Part shown: piece after piece, positions 52,275 to 64,000 of the stretch
Layout: each line of letters starts with the position of its first letter
How positions within the stretch are numbered: the first letter of the stretch is position 1
Assembly (NCBI RefSeq): GCF_006345805.1
Contig: NC_043000.1
Span: 35,402,001 to 35,466,000, forward strand
DNA length: 64,000 nucleotides
Direction: 5' to 3'
Source: Octopus sinensis
Lineage: Eukaryota
The notes under the pieces: generated by a model
Seen by the model: only the letters and a program-made list of their open reading frames with translations
The model's database searches: none
What the model was told of the DNA's origin: nothing
Translations under genes and position numbers: made by a program

Positions 52275-52850
52275 TTGACCCACCTTTGGCATCAGTTACT
52301 ACAGCGAGGAATTGACTCAGAGATGTTCTGAACGGTAGTTAAGAAAATTTCGAACCATTCTCCAAGTGAAACCGGTTTTAGAACTATCAGCGATGATGAC
52401 GGAGAGAAGCGGCTCCACGCTTGCTGCTCCTTAACACACCATAAATGTTCGATTGTATTGAAATTCGGTGATTATGGGAACCAATGCAAGTGGTCCGTTT
52501 CTCTTTTGTGCTCTTTATACCAGATTTTGTATAAAATTATCACCTTGTGAATTGATGCATTATCATTTCCATCAGGGAACACTGTTTTTACTATAAGATG
52601 GACATAAGTGCCAAGAGAATTCTTTGATATGGCTGCCCAAATCATTTCAGAGCTACCTCTATGTCAAACAGTGGAACATGGGACCAAACACTGGGCGTGA
52701 AACAGTCAGGATTGTAGACTTGTTTGAGCTGTCCATTATTTTGTCCAACCACCGAATATCCAGCAAGTCATGCGCTCCATAAAAGAATCCTTATTACTTC
52801 CAATTTACCATATCCAGAATATAAATCCTTCTAATTTATTCAGAAGACAC
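52275..52850 (-). pseudogene. Tc1-family transposase pseudogene
   Basis: YNPDCFTPSV; GSSEMIWAAIS; DNASIH; HLHWFP*SPNFNTIEHLW (cf. WPxxSPDLNxIExLW); ESIPR. Confidence 0.85.
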
Positions 52851-53094
52851 AGAAGACATGCTCTTTGTTATTGTTAGGAAGACTCTCAGAGAGAGAGAGA
52901 GAGGGAAATAGAGGGAGAGAGAGAGAAAGAGAGGAGGGCAATTAGCTCCACGCATTCACTGAAACTACTACATCAAGAAATGAGACTCAGGTTTTGGGAG
53001 TTCGAAGTCAATTTTTTTGTTTCCTTTCATATAATAACTTCTTTATTTTAATCAATTTTCTGAACCTTCTGTATGTCTTACCTTGAAACAATAT

Positions 53095-53985
53095 ACTCAC
53101 ACTCGCAGATTTGCACAGATACAAACTCTCTTTTACATATACACACATATATACATGCTCACTTATACGCGCACGCATACCCTCATGCTCACACACATAT
53201 ACTCACACATATTTTCACACCCCGCCGTCATACATACTCACGTACACCATCCTCACACGTATACGTTTGCACGCAATCACACAAACACACATGCACATTC
53301 AGATACATTTCACACAGACACACACGCATACACACAAACATACACACAATCATGCCCAACCACATAGGGTCACACACCCACACAGGGAGAATACTCACAC
53401 ACAGATGTACATAACACACAGCGCTCATCCATACACACAACTACAGTGGCACACTCACAGCCGCAGAGAACCACATACATACGCCTACATGTATGCACAG
53501 TCGCACACACATTTACACAAACACACACAGCCAAAGCATACACATATGGGCATTCATATACACACAACGACACACAAACACATACACTTGCATACAGACG
53601 CACAAATGCGTACACAGACGCTATTAAAAAGACACACGCACACACTCTGACACTCAATGAGTGCGTGTGTAGGAGTGTCTGGGCGCGATGCATGCGTAGG
53701 TATTTGCATGTGTGTATGCGTGTATATGTGTATGTATGTGTATTATGTGAATGTGTGTCACAAATATCTACAAACACAGCTAGACACTACATACACACAC
53801 AGCAATGGAGACAGACAGACACGCACACATGTATATATATACACACACACATAATCATTGACACACAACTACAAATATACACATATACACATTCATGTAT
53901 ATACATATGCATTCTCCTTTACACCTACCCGGACATAGCACGCACAGACGGACAGTCAGACACCCACCCGCAGATACACTTACGT

Positions 53986-54020
<35 letters not shown>
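53095..54020. repeat. Long cryptic (CA)-rich tract with an internal (TG)-rich block
   Basis: Direct inspection; source of the His/Thr-rich ORFs. Confidence 0.85.
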
Positions 54021-54022
<2 letters not shown>

Positions 54023-54181
54023 TACACATTATAGTCGGCAATCAATTGATTTCATCTCCCACTGTATGACCTAAATGATGAGGTTTTAGTTTCCTGTCGA
54101 AGAGGAAGTTTGGTTGTAATTCAGTTCTTTGGGCGACCTGTCTCACTCGAACTTGTCTGTGCGTCTGTCAACATAAAATTA

Positions 54182-54213
<32 letters not shown>

Positions 54214-54416
54214 AACACTGACACAACTCCAACTTGAGCAACTTTACACGTAGATTTAGTTTTTTGGCTTGCTTTTTTTTTCTTTAGTCGAGATGGTCTA
54301 CCCAATTCCACAGACTGAATAGAATACGGTCGTTACGAAAGCACCAGAGTCACACACACACACACACACACAGAAAAAAAAAACAGATGAAAGGGTTATC
54401 TAGTATTGCTATAATT

Positions 54417-54616
54417 CTTTTCTACTCTAAGCACAATGCCTGACATTTTTGGGGAGGGAGCCAGTCGATTAGATCGACCCCAGTACGCAACTGATGATTT
54501 ATCCACCCCGGAAGCATGAAAGGCAAAGTCGACCTCGGCGGAATTTGAACTCAGAACGTAAAGATAGACGAAATACAGCCCAGCGTGCTAACGATTCTGC
54601 CAGCTCCCCGCGCCTT
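54417..54616 (-). mobile_element. SINE family B, full length, with 13-bp TSD
   Basis: TSD tattgcta(t/c)aatt at 54404-54416 and 54617-54629. Confidence 0.9.
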
Positions 54617-55196
54617 TATTGCTACAATTGTTTCGTGAGGAGTCTTTATTGTGACGTAAGCATAGCACAGTCAGGTATGCAGTATGCACAACGTCCATAA
54701 GATTACGTAATAGGCTACGCAACTCTCATTTCGTCAGGTTAACTCAATAAACAAGCGAACTGTGACGTGTTGATTTATCAACAGAACATCAACAAGTGCA
54801 ATTAACAATCAGAATTACCAGCATCTGAGAAATGTGAAGGGGGTGGGACTAGAACCTGTCAATCAACGCGGCTGGATAGCAGAATGGTGTTGTCAATTAA
54901 AGAACAGTTTAAAAGGATTTCCATTCCAAAGATGTCATTAAACTTAGCTACTTCATTCGTCAAGGTTAGCAGAACATGCTTGGATACCGGCGCAGTAGAA
55001 CTAGCAGCAGCAGCAACAACAGCAGCAGTAATTGTAGTAGTTATAGTAGTTTTTATATTAGACTCAGGGGCATAATAATAGCAATAACCACAAGATAATA
55101 AAGAGAAGGAATGGTGATAAAATAGCAATAATAAGAATAAAATGTTAAATATAAAAAATACATACATACATACATACATACATACATACACACACA

Positions 55197-55235
<39 letters not shown>

Positions 55236-55495
55236 TAACACACACACTTGCATGCATTCGTTCGTGCGTGTGTGTGTGTGTATGTGCGCACATATAATGT
55301 AGATATGTATGCATGACTGTATTGTAATTGGTTTAAATCGGCGTGTGAAGTTGCGTTCCTTTATGCTTGAAGTCTAATTTCGATTAAATAGAGAACGCTG
55401 AGTGCTGAGGTCGACATAGGACGTACCCCAATATGGCTGCAATCGAATGACTGAGAATACGAAACCAACATTAGCAATAGAGATGCCTCTAGAAT

Positions 55496-55660
55496 TTCTG
55501 GAGAGAGGGCCAGTCGATCACATCGACCCCAGTACGTAATTGTTACTTAGTTTAGGATGAAAGGCAAAGTCGAACTCGGCGGAACTCAGAACGTAACGGC
55601 AGACGAAATACGGCTACGCATTTTGCCCGGCGTGCTAACGTTTCTGCCTGCTCGCCGCTT
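55496..55660 (-). mobile_element. SINE family B with 18-bp TSD
   Basis: TSD tagagatg(c/t)ctctagaat at 55478-55495 and 55661-55678. Confidence 0.88.
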
Positions 55661-56984
55661 TAGAGATGTCTCTAGAATGATCTGCAATGGTGTTTGTAAG
55701 CCTGTCTATATTTTCACAGCCTCCACTTGTGACTTATTTCGTGATGGAGATCTTCTAATGATACTATTTATTTTAAGACGTTTACACTCATTGCTTTTTT
55801 CTTATGGGACCGAAAAGCCCGATTTCCGATAGGAGAGTTAATTGAATCATTGTTGGGTGGGGACTAATGACAGGGTATAGAAACAGCATAAAAGAATCAA
55901 CCTGTCTATTTTTTTTTTTTGCTTAGTGTTTTTTAATCTTTAATTGATACAAGATTCAGGTAAACAGCTAAACTAAAAAAAGAAACAAAACTAAATGCAG
56001 ATTTTGTAGATGAATAGAACAACAACTATAAAATCGTTTTCCTTGTTCGCATATGACAAACGATGTTTTAGTACGAACTAAAATAGAAAATAATTTGTTG
56101 AAATTCCTTCCATTAATACATCTGAAAGCTAATTAAACGCTGCATGTTATCGATTTCATCTTCGTTTCATGTCTGACATCTTTGTGGAAGTAAATAAACG
56201 CAGAAATAATAAAGTTATTTAAGAATTATTGCTGCCTTTATGATGGGTTTTCCGTCAATAATAAGGTCACACCAGTGTTGGTGCGCAGTTCACTTTTTTA
56301 TGAATTGCTTTGTCAGTCTTTCGATTCACGTCTGTAACTTCTCCAATGTATCTCCGTGATTTAATGAACTGCGCTGTCAAGTCTTTCGCTACATGTCTGT
56401 AGCCTTTTCAATAAGTTTTCTGTGTCTTTGTGAATTATTTTGTAACAAAGATCAGAGCACCATACTACACACTTCTCCCATTGGGTGTCTGTCATCTTTT
56501 GCAAGAATAAATCCAACAGGAGCTGGTTTAACATGCATTATTGGATGCTGATAAAATATTTATTAGTTACATTTATGCAAATAAAGAGAGTAGCTCATCA
56601 GATCACCGGAATGCTTTTTTTTAGTTGCTTTAATCTGTGAATATACAATTGTATTCTGTAATGCTGAGCTTACATATCACTACAGACATGTAGACTTAAA
56701 TGAAATTTATACTAGAATGAAGAATGTTGTGAAACGGCGGTAACTCTATGAAAGTCACAGAGTTATAAATATATGTGTAAATATTTATAAGATCTACCAT
56801 ATTCATGGGTGTTGGTACTTAGCTGAACGCGTATTTTCATACGTAAAATCGGTATTATTTATGTAATTAATTGCGTTTTATCTTAGGAGATCATTTGGTT
56901 TTCTGCCACTATTACTGTATTTTGAATTTAGAATGAATTTCAGCCCCGCACGAGTAGCATTCATGTATGTCATTATTTAGTTTA

Positions 56985-57412
56985 TTCCAAGACTTCTTGC
57001 CAATAGAGAAAGAACTGGTTTCTAACTTAGAAGGCTACTTCATTGGAATTTCAACATCAACAACAGAGTATTTTTGTATGTGCAGATTTGTATGTTTTAT
57101 GCATGTATTCTCATGCATATCGTTGCATTTCTAGACATGCTCATATATATCTAAATGATAAACTTCTGAAAACTTTTACAGACTTTTACAGTTCTAGTGA
57201 TGGATTGGATCTGTAGTCTTCGAATTAGCTGTCTCCTTTCTGGTTTTGAGAAGCCTAATTTCTCAGAATTGGTATTTAGGAAGTGTGTTACATACCCCAG
57301 GGTCCCAATAATTACAGGTATAAACCTGAACTTGTAATCTGGATAGAGTAACTGTTGATTTCTCAATTGTTCAGCATACGTGTTCTCTTTTTCACTGATC
57401 TTGAGCTGATCA
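56985..57412 (-). mobile_element. R4/Dong-like LINE 3' end (same family as 30245-31985)
   Basis: ORF 57151..57417 LKISEKENTYAE..PDYKFRFIPVIIGTLG..KFII plus the same 3' UTR with a short CATA run. Confidence 0.9.
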
Positions 57413-57434
57413 TGCATGTGTGTGTTTGTTTGTT

Positions 57435-57504
<70 letters not shown>

Positions 57505-58148
57505 TTATGAACCGACTCATCAATTTTATTTCTCTATGTATTCTGAGATCTTTCTACCAATGAGTTTCTTTCTTAGTAAATATATAACAACGCACATTGA
57601 CATTGAAATTATACAGATTTCCACAAGAATTCAACCAGTAAATAAGAAACAACACAAACGATAATTATATTCAATTTAATTCTTGATAACGAATCTGAGG
57701 TCTAGAAAACTCGGATATGGCTTTAAGAAATCTGTTTCAGACCAACCGTAAGACTAAGAAAATATGTAAAATATATAATTGAAATGGATAAAGCTTGAAC
57801 ATAGAAAAAGAAAAAAACTGGCTCCAATACATGTGCGCGCGAGTGAGTGTGTGTGTGTGAGAGAGAGAAAGAGAGAGAGGGAGAGAGCTTAAGAAGAATT
57901 ATTGATACAGTCACGATATTTGAAGAAAGATTTTATTAAACTAAAAATGATTAAATATCTTAAGAAAACAGTATGACACAAATGTTTGCAGAGAAGCATA
58001 ACTTTCCTTCGTAATTTGACTGTACTAGTAGCCATCACTGGTTAAAACAAGAAACCGATAGTTCAGTTTGATCATATTATGTATATTATTAACTAATAAT
58101 AATTGTTTGTTAATGAAACGTGCGTAAGATGTTGTGCCTAAATATTAT

Positions 58149-58370
58149 AACTCTTACTCTTTTTACTCTTTTACTTGTTTCAGTCATTTGACAGTGGACA
58201 TGCTGGAGCAACGCCTTTAGTCGAGCATATCGACCGCAGGACTTATTCTTTGTAAGCCTAGTACTTATTCTATCGGTCTCTTTTGCTGAACCGCTAAGTT
58301 ACGGGGACGTAAACACACCAGCATCGGTTGTCAAGTGATGTTGGGGGGGGGACAAACACAGACACGCGCG

Positions 58371-58418
<48 letters not shown>

Positions 58419-58577
58419 CACATATATACGACAGGCTTCTTCAGTTTCCGTCTACCAAATCCACTCAGAAGGCTTTGGTCGGCCCGAGGTTAAAGTAAAA
58501 GGTGCCACGCAGTGGGACTGAACCCGGAAACATGCGGTTGGTAAGCAAGCTACTTACCACACAGCCACTCCTGCGCC
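58149..58577 (-). mobile_element. SINE family A, near full length
   Basis: Head, body, internal microsatellite, (TTTTACTC)n tail. Confidence 0.92.
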
Positions 58578-59059
58578 TATTATTTAAACAAGCTCCCATG
58601 TTTTGCTTTTATTTCCTATATATTGTACCCTGTCACATGCCCAACTGTGGATTTCAACCAAATGCTGCGAGGACAATGATACAACTCTTCCCCAAGGCCT
58701 CTCTTTAAATATACAAGAGAGCACAGGGCGTCGTAAATACGGCTTATTTGTCGTGCAATTTAAGTTGTATTGTCTAAAAACACATAGATATGTGCGTGTG
58801 AGTATAAATACATATTTTTGTAGAAGAGTTCTTATATCTTAGAAACTACATTTAATAAAAGTTAAATGTTCGAAATCACCGAATATTAACTCTTATGAAT
58901 AAAACAATTCAAACTTGACACGCATCGATGGACACTGACCACGCAACATAAACCCACACACAAAGGAACCTCTTCGTAATTCAAACAGCAGACACACGTC
59001 ATAAAGCGTAGATATTGTACAGGAGGAGAATAAAGGAAGAGAGGTTAACATCAACTCCG

Positions 59060-59210
59060 GTATTGGACTGATACTTTATTTTAACCGAAACCGAAAGAAT
59101 GCAAAGCAAGGTTGGCCTCCGCGGGATTTGAACGCAGGTCGTAAAAAAGCCAGAACAAATCGCATAATGCAGTTTTACCGCTGTTCTAATGATTCTGCGA
59201 GTTCACCGTC
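59060..59210 (-). mobile_element. SINE family B, old
   Basis: GCAAGGTTGGCCTCCGCGGGATTTGAAC. Confidence 0.6.
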
Positions 59211-59785
59211 TTGGTTTCAAAATACAATAAAAATAAAATAAAATAAAATTCACCCAGTGCATGTACTTCCACTTGACAAATGCCCTCCTCCTCACCACAA
59301 AGTATTACAAACACAACACACACACACATAGATGGAGCCTTGTATCTTTGTTGGAGACCGGCTCCCTTCGCAGTGGACGATTTATAATAATCAAAAAATA
59401 GAAAAGATATACATAAGCACAAATATGTTTCATTAAACACGATAGTTCTTCTAGGTATATTTTTAATTCTAATTTTTAGTATTTTCTTTTTCGATTTTCA
59501 GAGTGAGTTTGGAACAATAAGTTCCATAAATTCATAATCACCGTTTCGGGACTGTCAGAGTTTCCTTTTCATAACAAAACAGATGAACATGAGACTGGTA
59601 ACGACATGAAATGGAAAATGAATAAGAAGCAACGTTAACGACAGATCCATTCAATTCTAAATGCTGAAAATATGAAGAACTGTAAATGGCAAATGCGAAC
59701 GAATTTAAGAAGACAATTCTCCCCCAAACTAGCTGTAAGAAGTCTTATAAAGAAAATGCGAAAGTTAAAATTACAAAGAAAGAAC

Positions 59786-59875
<90 letters not shown>

Positions 59876-59994
59876 GTCTGTCTGTCTGTCTATCTATCTA
59901 TTTATCTATCTATCTGTCTATCTATTTGTATGTATATTGACACACCCACGAATACATATGTATACATATACACAAGTATGTATGCAAAGATATT

Positions 59995-60264
59995 CTTTTA
60001 TTCTTTTACTTGTTTCAGTCATTTGACTGGGGCCATGCTGGAGCACCGTCTTTAGTCGAGCAAATCGACCCCGGGATTTATTGTTTGTAAGCTTAGTACT
60101 TATTCTATCGATCTGTTTTGCTGAATCGCTAAGTTACGAAGACGTAAACACACCAGCATCGGTTGTCAAGTGAACGGTGGGAGGGACAAACACAGATACA
60201 AAGACACACCCACGCAAATACATTCATATACATACATACATATATACATACATACATACATACA

Positions 60265-60298
<34 letters not shown>

Positions 60299-60654
60299 AG
60301 TTCATTAGAATTTAGATTCAGATGAATATGGTACTTAAGTTAAAGGCACCAGAATTTAGTATGGTATTATCCATATAATTCAAAATGGGGTGATTATAAT
60401 CAAAATAGTCAAAATGGGGTGATTATGGGATGATATATATATACGACGGGCTTTTTTCAGTTTCTGTCTACCAAAATACACTCACGAGGCTATGGTGGGC
60501 CTGCGGCTATAGTATTTCAGTTTCCGTCTTCCAAATCCACTCACATGGCTATGGCGGGCCCGCGGCTATAGTAGAAGACACATTCCCAAGGTGCCACACA
60601 GTGGGACTGAACCCGGAACAATGTAGTTGGGAAGCAAGATTCTTACCACACAGC
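59995..60654 (-). mobile_element. SINE family A with a foreign insert (about 60298-60430) in its internal microsatellite and an internal ~59-bp duplication
   Basis: ttcagttt..gcggctatagta repeated at about 60456-60514 and 60515-60573. Confidence 0.85.
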
Positions 60655-60799
60655 TTCTTACTACACAACCACGTATATGGAGGCAACAGAGTAGAGTTAC
60701 CGATGAGGATTAATTCTATCCGAAACCACCGGTGATCCAGCGCCCTCGCTTGCTGTAGGGAAGTTGTCTCCCTTGTCGGTCAATAGATAGTGCTCTGTA

Positions 60800-61790
60800 A
60801 AACGAAAAAGTCGTATGCCCATGGCTGATAGTTGCTGTAACTCTAAATGACATTTATTTAGCTGTGAATAAGCTGAATAACAATAAGTCTCCATGGAACC
60901 TGTGCAAAAGTCTTGAAATATGGGGGTGGGGTCACAAAATATTTGAACTCTTAAATATATTAATTTGTCACTGTTGGAGAACTGAGAAAGTGCCTCAAGA
61001 CTGGATTGATGCCATTTTAGTCTCCTTGTATAAATCGGGGCCAAAGGATCTGTGTGGTAATTTTCGTGAGATTTCGCTTTTGTCTGTGATTGGAAAGGTA
61101 CTTGCCCGCATTCTTTTAGAACATTTAACAATCTTCATAGTTCCAAATATGGTGTCTGAGTCTGTGTGGTTTTCGCTTCCCCAGCAGCATAGCTGAATGT
61201 ATATTTACTATCAGACAATTACAAGAAAAGTGCATTGAACAGAATCTTGCTTTACACTATTGCTTTGTTGATTTGAGCAAGGCGTTCGATACTGTTAATA
61301 GAAATGCTCCGTGGCTAATTCTAAGGAAAATAGGTTGCCCAGAAAAAATTTTAAACATGATCAGGGCTTTGCATCAAGAAATGAAAGCTAGAGTTAATTA
61401 TGGTGGTAGGCTCTCTGAATCTTTTGCCGTGGAAAATGGCGTAAAGCAAGGAGATCGAGGTGAATCACAATGACCTTTTTTTGTGTGCACAGTTTGTGAC
61501 AGACCATGCTTTTCTTTTGCTGGGCTCAAATCTCATTTGCGAACCCATGGCAAATGAACCTCTACCAACTATTCTGTCTGTATGTCTGTGCACACCTTTT
61601 AATGCAATGTATGTCAGAAGGTTTGCAAATCTAATGGAGGCCTCAAAAGACTTTTTAAGATCCACAAAGATCAGAACTTAACTGCAGCTCTTGGTGGCCC
61701 AAATCGGATATGCAATCTATGAGGGAGTCTTTTCAAAACACTGTCTGGTTTAAAAAGCCACATCAGATGCCATGATCGATCTAACCACCA
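60800..61790 (+). mobile_element. RTE-clade LINE remnant: RT fragment joined by internal deletion to three C2H2 zinc fingers
   Basis: VPQDWIDA..CGNFREISLLSVIGKVLARIL; IFTIRQLQEKCIEQN..FVDLSKAFDTV..GVKQGD; same frame continues into CTVC..HLRTH, CNVC..LFKIH, CNL*..HIRCH. Confidence 0.85.
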
Positions 61791-62042
61791 TGTATGTATG
61801 TATGTATGTATGTATGTATGTATGTATGTATGTATGTATGTATGTACGTATGTATGTATGTAAATGGTTACTTTTAATGTCGGGTTATGATAAAAACAAT
61901 TTAACATTAAATTGAAGAATTACTATCGTTTGCAGAATATGAAATCATTATAATTTTAAGAGAAGAGCTGACAGTGATTTCGAAGTTTCGGCCAAATAGC
62001 CGTCGCTGATTGTCCGACAGAAGCTAGCAAACTACCAAATCA

Positions 62043-62112
<70 letters not shown>

Positions 62113-62279
62113 ATATGAGGAAATATTATTCCAAACTTACAGGGAAAAATTCAATTTGGAAATACTAAATCAAATTTCACAAAATATAATATATATATAT
62201 ATATAAATTTTTAAAAAATCCCACCTTTTATCAATTCAATAATGAAAAATTAAATATACGATTTAGAAAAATTACATAT

Positions 62280-62357
62280 TGGACAAGTGTCTTCTACAAT
62301 ATCCTCACGCCGACTAAAGCGACTGAGTTGATTTAGTAGGCGGAAACCGAAAGAAGC

Positions 62358-62409
<52 letters not shown>

Positions 62410-62750
62410 TGTTTTTGTGTGTCTGTGTTTGTCCCCCTCCTTCGCTTGACAACCGAAGCTGGTGTGTTTACATCCTCATAACTTAGCGGTTCTCCAACAT
62501 GGCCGCAGTCAAATGACTGAAACAAAAGAATAAAAGAATAAAAAATACGCACATATATATATATGCGACAGGCTTCTTTCAGTTTCCATCAACGAAATCC
62601 ACTCACAAGGCTTTGGTCGGCCCGAGGCTATAGTAGAAGACACTTGTCCAAGGTGCCACGGAGTGGGACTGAACCCGGAACTGAACTATATATGTATATA
62701 TATAGACGCAGGCGTGGCTGTGTGGTAAGAAGCTTGCTTCCCAACCGCAT

Positions 62751-62784
<34 letters not shown>

Positions 62785-63017
62785 TGTATGTATGTATGTA
62801 TGTATGTACATGTATGTATACATGTATGTATACATGTATGTTTGTCCCCTATTACCAGTGTTGATGTGTTTGCGTTCCTGTAAATTAGCGGTTCGGCAAA
62901 AGAGACCAATAGAATAAGCACCAGGGTTACAGAGAATAAGTCCTGAAGTCGATTTGTTCGACTATAGGCTCTGTTCCAGCATGGCCGCAGTCAAATGACT
63001 GAAACAAGTAAAAGATT
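62280..63017. mobile_element. Cluster of three SINE family A fragments (+ 62280-62545, - 62555-62683, + 62704-63017)
   Basis: Family A head, body and tail motifs in alternating orientation. Confidence 0.85.
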
Positions 63018-63048
63018 AATAGTTACGAATATACACACACACACACAT

Positions 63049-63093
<45 letters not shown>

Positions 63094-63264
63094 ATATATA
63101 TATATATATATGACATGTTGATCCTGTCATTTCTTACCACACACGAACTTCTACACTGGACTTTCTATCTACCCTTTACGGATTCTCCTTTGGACATTTA
63201 CCCTCCGGCTGCACCTCTCCTACCTACGGATCACCGTGGACTCTACTCTTGATGAGAAATCCTA

Positions 63265-63377
63265 TATATATATATATATATACACACACATTTGCGTGGT
63301 GTATATATTTATATATGTGTATACACAAACACCACACACATATATGGGTATGTATGCATGCATACATACATGTATAT

Positions 63378-63447
<70 letters not shown>

Positions 63448-63533
63448 TATACACACACACACATTTGTGTGGTGTATATATTTATATATGTATATACACA
63501 CAAACACACATATATGGGTATGTATGCATGCAT

Positions 63534-63567
<34 letters not shown>

Positions 63568-63570
63568 AGT
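63265..63570. repeat. Tandem duplication of about 175-bp low-complexity unit
   Basis: catttg(c/t)gtggtgtatatatt..atatgggtatgtatgcatgcatacatacatg present twice. Confidence 0.85.
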
Positions 63571-64000
63571 GTGTGTGTGTGTGTGTGTATGTGTGTGTGC
63601 GTGCGTGTGTGTGCGTACACACACGCACACACACACGCACACACACACGCACACACACACTCACACACACACACACACCTACTTACACCTAAAACATACT
63701 TGCAGATTCCTATAAAAGTCGCTTCCCATTTTTTTCTCTCACAATCCCATTCTGGCTCTTTTCTTACTGATCAATTCGCCCCAATATGTTAGTTGCATTA
63801 TTTCATCGATTCCTGCAATGTCTTTTCTTTATTGATCTTTCTTTTTTTTTTCTTCTTCTTCTTTCTGCTTTTTTTTCTTCTCTTCTTTCTTCTTTTCCTT
63901 TCTTTTCTTCTTCTTCTTCTCCCCTCCACGCCTTCTTCCCCTCTTTCTCTGCTCTCTTTATTATGTTCTGCTTTTCCTTTACGCTTTATCTCTCTACACA

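Noticed and set aside
61474-61775. Host C2H2 zinc-finger gene
   Set aside because: In-frame stops, no TGEKP linkers, and contiguous with RTE RT; treated as retroelement-derived.

Overview
This is AT-rich, microsatellite-saturated eukaryotic non-coding DNA (intergenic or intronic). Its SINE/LINE repertoire resembles Octopus (cephalopod) genomic DNA; that assignment is from recalled repeat families, not a database search. No host protein-coding exon, rRNA, true tRNA gene or CRISPR array could be supported, and almost all listed ORFs are translations of simple repeats. The window is mostly decayed transposons. It holds at least four tRNA-derived SINE families (over 20 copies, several with target-site duplications) and LINE remnants of the R4/Dong, HERO, Tx1/L1, RTE, CR1-like and Penelope groups. 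DNA-transposon remnants include Tc1, a mariner MITE, a hAT/Charlie MITE, Chapaev3 and a foldback element. The most notable observations are: (1) short, mostly (TA)n-embedded Penelope-type modules carrying minimal hammerhead-ribozyme folds with different core variants; (2) an RTE remnant ending in three in-frame C2H2 zinc fingers; (3) SINE/LINE and SINE/SINE chimeras, one revealing the likely partner LINE of the dominant SINE; (4) LINEs sitting inside specific microsatellites; (5) a four-level nested insertion; (6) a pre-miRNA-sized hairpin. Boundaries of degraded elements are approximate.
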